DNA of 26,334 nucleotides from Polyangiaceae bacterium (GTDB taxonomy: Bacteria; Myxococcota_A; Polyangia; Polyangiales; Polyangiaceae), in NCBI GenBank assembly GCA_033763455.1, contig JANRKO010000079.1, forward strand, positions 1 through 26,334, written 5' to 3'. Under the pieces are notes generated by a model, which worked only from the letters and a program-made list of their open reading frames with translations, was not told the origin of the DNA and made no database searches. Within the stretch, counting starts at the first letter, position 1. Every line of letters starts with the position of its first letter. This document shows positions 24,604-26,334 of this stretch, piece by piece. A program made the position numbers and the translations under genes.

Positions 24604-25029
24604 GGGTCAGGTCTCCATGGCTCAAAGCAGGTGAGCAGCCTAGAAATACCACGCAATTAGTAGCACTTTTGGGTCAATATTGAGGGTAACCCGCTCGCAC
24701 GCGCGCGGCCATCCCTACGTTGCGTCCACGAATTCCGTTTTTGCGTCACGGCTTGCGATGCTCCCTACGCCGCGCCGTGCATCGCATGCGAGGTGCTGGA
24801 AGTTGCGGCATTCCGAAGTTGCGTGGGCCGCACCTTACTGCCACTCACAAAGGAGGCACGACGCCCAATCAGTCGGCGGCCACTGACTAACGCTGTGATG
24901 CTCAGCTGACCCCTCATCAGGCGGTGCTTGGGGGTCGTGCGAAAGCCATTGCCGCGTTGCCAGCGTCAGCACATTCGTCCGCCCTCAGCGTCAAACGCCG
25001 GCCCAGCTTGGATTCGCGCATCACTTTAC

Positions 25030-26006
25030 CACGAGCGCAAGCACTATCCTCACAGACCTAGACCTACTCTCACCACGTTTGGCCTCCTGGGCGGCACCGC
25101 CTGCAGCGCCACCGAGGGCGCAGAGGTGGACGCGGCGGATGTTGGCTCGGTGAGCCAGGCTCTCCAATACTTCCGCCAACTACTGCAACAATGTGAATAA
25201 CCAGTTTAAGTGGGTGGCAGCACCCATCGCGACTTGCCCTGCGCCCGCAACAACCGGCAGCAGCACCAACACCAATGCACCCGCCACGTACTTCGACCTC
25301 TCGAAGTGGAAGATCACCCTGCCGGTGGACAAGTTCAGCGAAAGCAAGCCCACGGAGATGTACGAGTGGGAGTTGCCCAATTGGTTCGATAGCAACTTCT
25401 TTTTTGCTTCCAATGGGAAAATGGTCTTTAAGGTTCCGAATACGGGAGTGACCACCTCGGGGACGTCGAGCACTCGTTCAGAGCTGCGCGACGGAAAGCC
25501 CGGAGCAATGCGACGACGGCAACACCACTAATACCGATGCTTGCAGCAACACCTGCAAGACGCCAACCTGCACGGACGGCATCAAGAACGGCACCGAATC
25601 CAACACCGATTGTGGCGGTGTGAGCGGCGGCGTAACGTGTCCTGCTTGCCCGACAGGTGGCGCCACGTATCAAGCCGAAGCTTCGGGCATGGTTCGCAAC
25701 GAATGTGACGCGCCCGCAGGTGGTTGGGTCGGTATGTGGGACACCACCGCTTCCTACATTCAGAAGAATGGCTCGGTGGCAGGCAGAAGTGTGACGGTTC
25801 GTTTCCGTAACCAAAATGAGGATTCATCCTCCGGCAGCCTCAGCCTTCGCATCAACGGTGCGCTCAAGGAGACCAAGGTTGCGATTGCAACAAGCGGCGC
25901 AGAGCTGACCTTTAACTACGCTGTGGAATTAAGCCAAAGCGTGCGGATCTCGAACGCTGGTGGCAGCGAAGGCATGGCCATCGACTACATTAGGATCAAT
26001 CCGTAA
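25030..26006 (+). pseudogene. Fragmented multidomain lipoprotein: truncated PL7 alginate-lyase-like domain, DUF4215-type disulfide repeat and CBM-like C-terminal domain
   Basis: Three frames: GLLGGTACSAT..GSVSQAL; then APATYFDLSKWKITLP...[13 protein letters not shown] (PL7 N-terminal motifs, no QIH or YFKAG); then from 25500 [36 protein letters not shown] and TYQAEA...MAIDYIRI. The 5' boundary is approximate. Confidence 0.72.
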
Positions 26007-26038
26007 GCGCAGCGCATAGATCGAAACTAGACGCAGGT

Positions 26039-26073
26039 TCCGCCCCCTCGCATGAGGGGGCGGACTCATGTTT
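26039..26073 (+). terminator. Strong GC hairpin, probable terminator
   Basis: tccgccccctc-gcat-gagggggcgga, an 11-bp perfect stem 33 nt after the stop; weak U-tract. Confidence 0.65.
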
Positions 26074-26334
26074 GGGCCTCTTGCTGCAATCCATAGGTCA
26101 TTGGTGGGGATCGGCGTTCCTGCCTTGGAGTGGTATTGGAGGGCGGTGGCTGGCTTTTGTCGCTCTTGCGCCCTTTGGGTGCTAGGGGTAGGGGCATGTG
26201 CGTCACGAAGCTGCAGCTGACCAGCGGGTGCCGGCCTGGAGACGATCCGGGTCGAAGTCTCGTCAGCGGAAATACCGAAAGGTCGTTGTATCGAGTCTTG
26301 CGTCTTGCATCGCGAGGTGCCGGGCGAAGCGTAG

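Noticed and set aside
26178..26203. Further copy of the ctcatgccctagc repeat (taggggcatgtgcg)
   Set aside because: The match is too short and gapped to distinguish from chance.

Overview
GC-rich (roughly 60% by eye) bacterial DNA. Gene content suggests a myxobacterium of the Polyangiaceae/Sorangiineae type (inference from Cys-rich Gly/Pro-linker lipoproteins, a DUF1592/DUF1552 pair and a DUF4215-type repeat). Secreted or lipoprotein genes: an M66-like metallopeptidase, a diheme cytochrome c-rhodanese fusion, an FGE-sulfatase-fold protein, an LDL-receptor class A repeat protein, and an uncharacterised Cys-rich family present as an intact gene plus a decayed tandem copy. Carbohydrate enzymes: a CE7 esterase, a clan GH-A hydrolase, an AraC / atypical GH13 / GH31 alpha-xylosidase module, and a ruined PL7 lyase. 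Toxin-antitoxin-like modules: a nucleotidyltransferase pair, Uma2, and DUF433/DUF5615. The most notable signals are (1) a GH13 that appears to keep its catalytic acids but has replaced the canonical -1 subsite residues, coupled to an alpha-xylosidase; (2) a frameshift that makes a perfect 24-bp palindrome; (3) an inverted pair of homologous long-hairpin elements and a dispersed REP-like 22-mer; (4) phased 32-33 bp promoter repeats sharing a TCACAGCGT core. No rRNA, tRNA, CRISPR, integrase or reverse transcriptase was seen. All family calls are by-eye motif recognition, not database searches.
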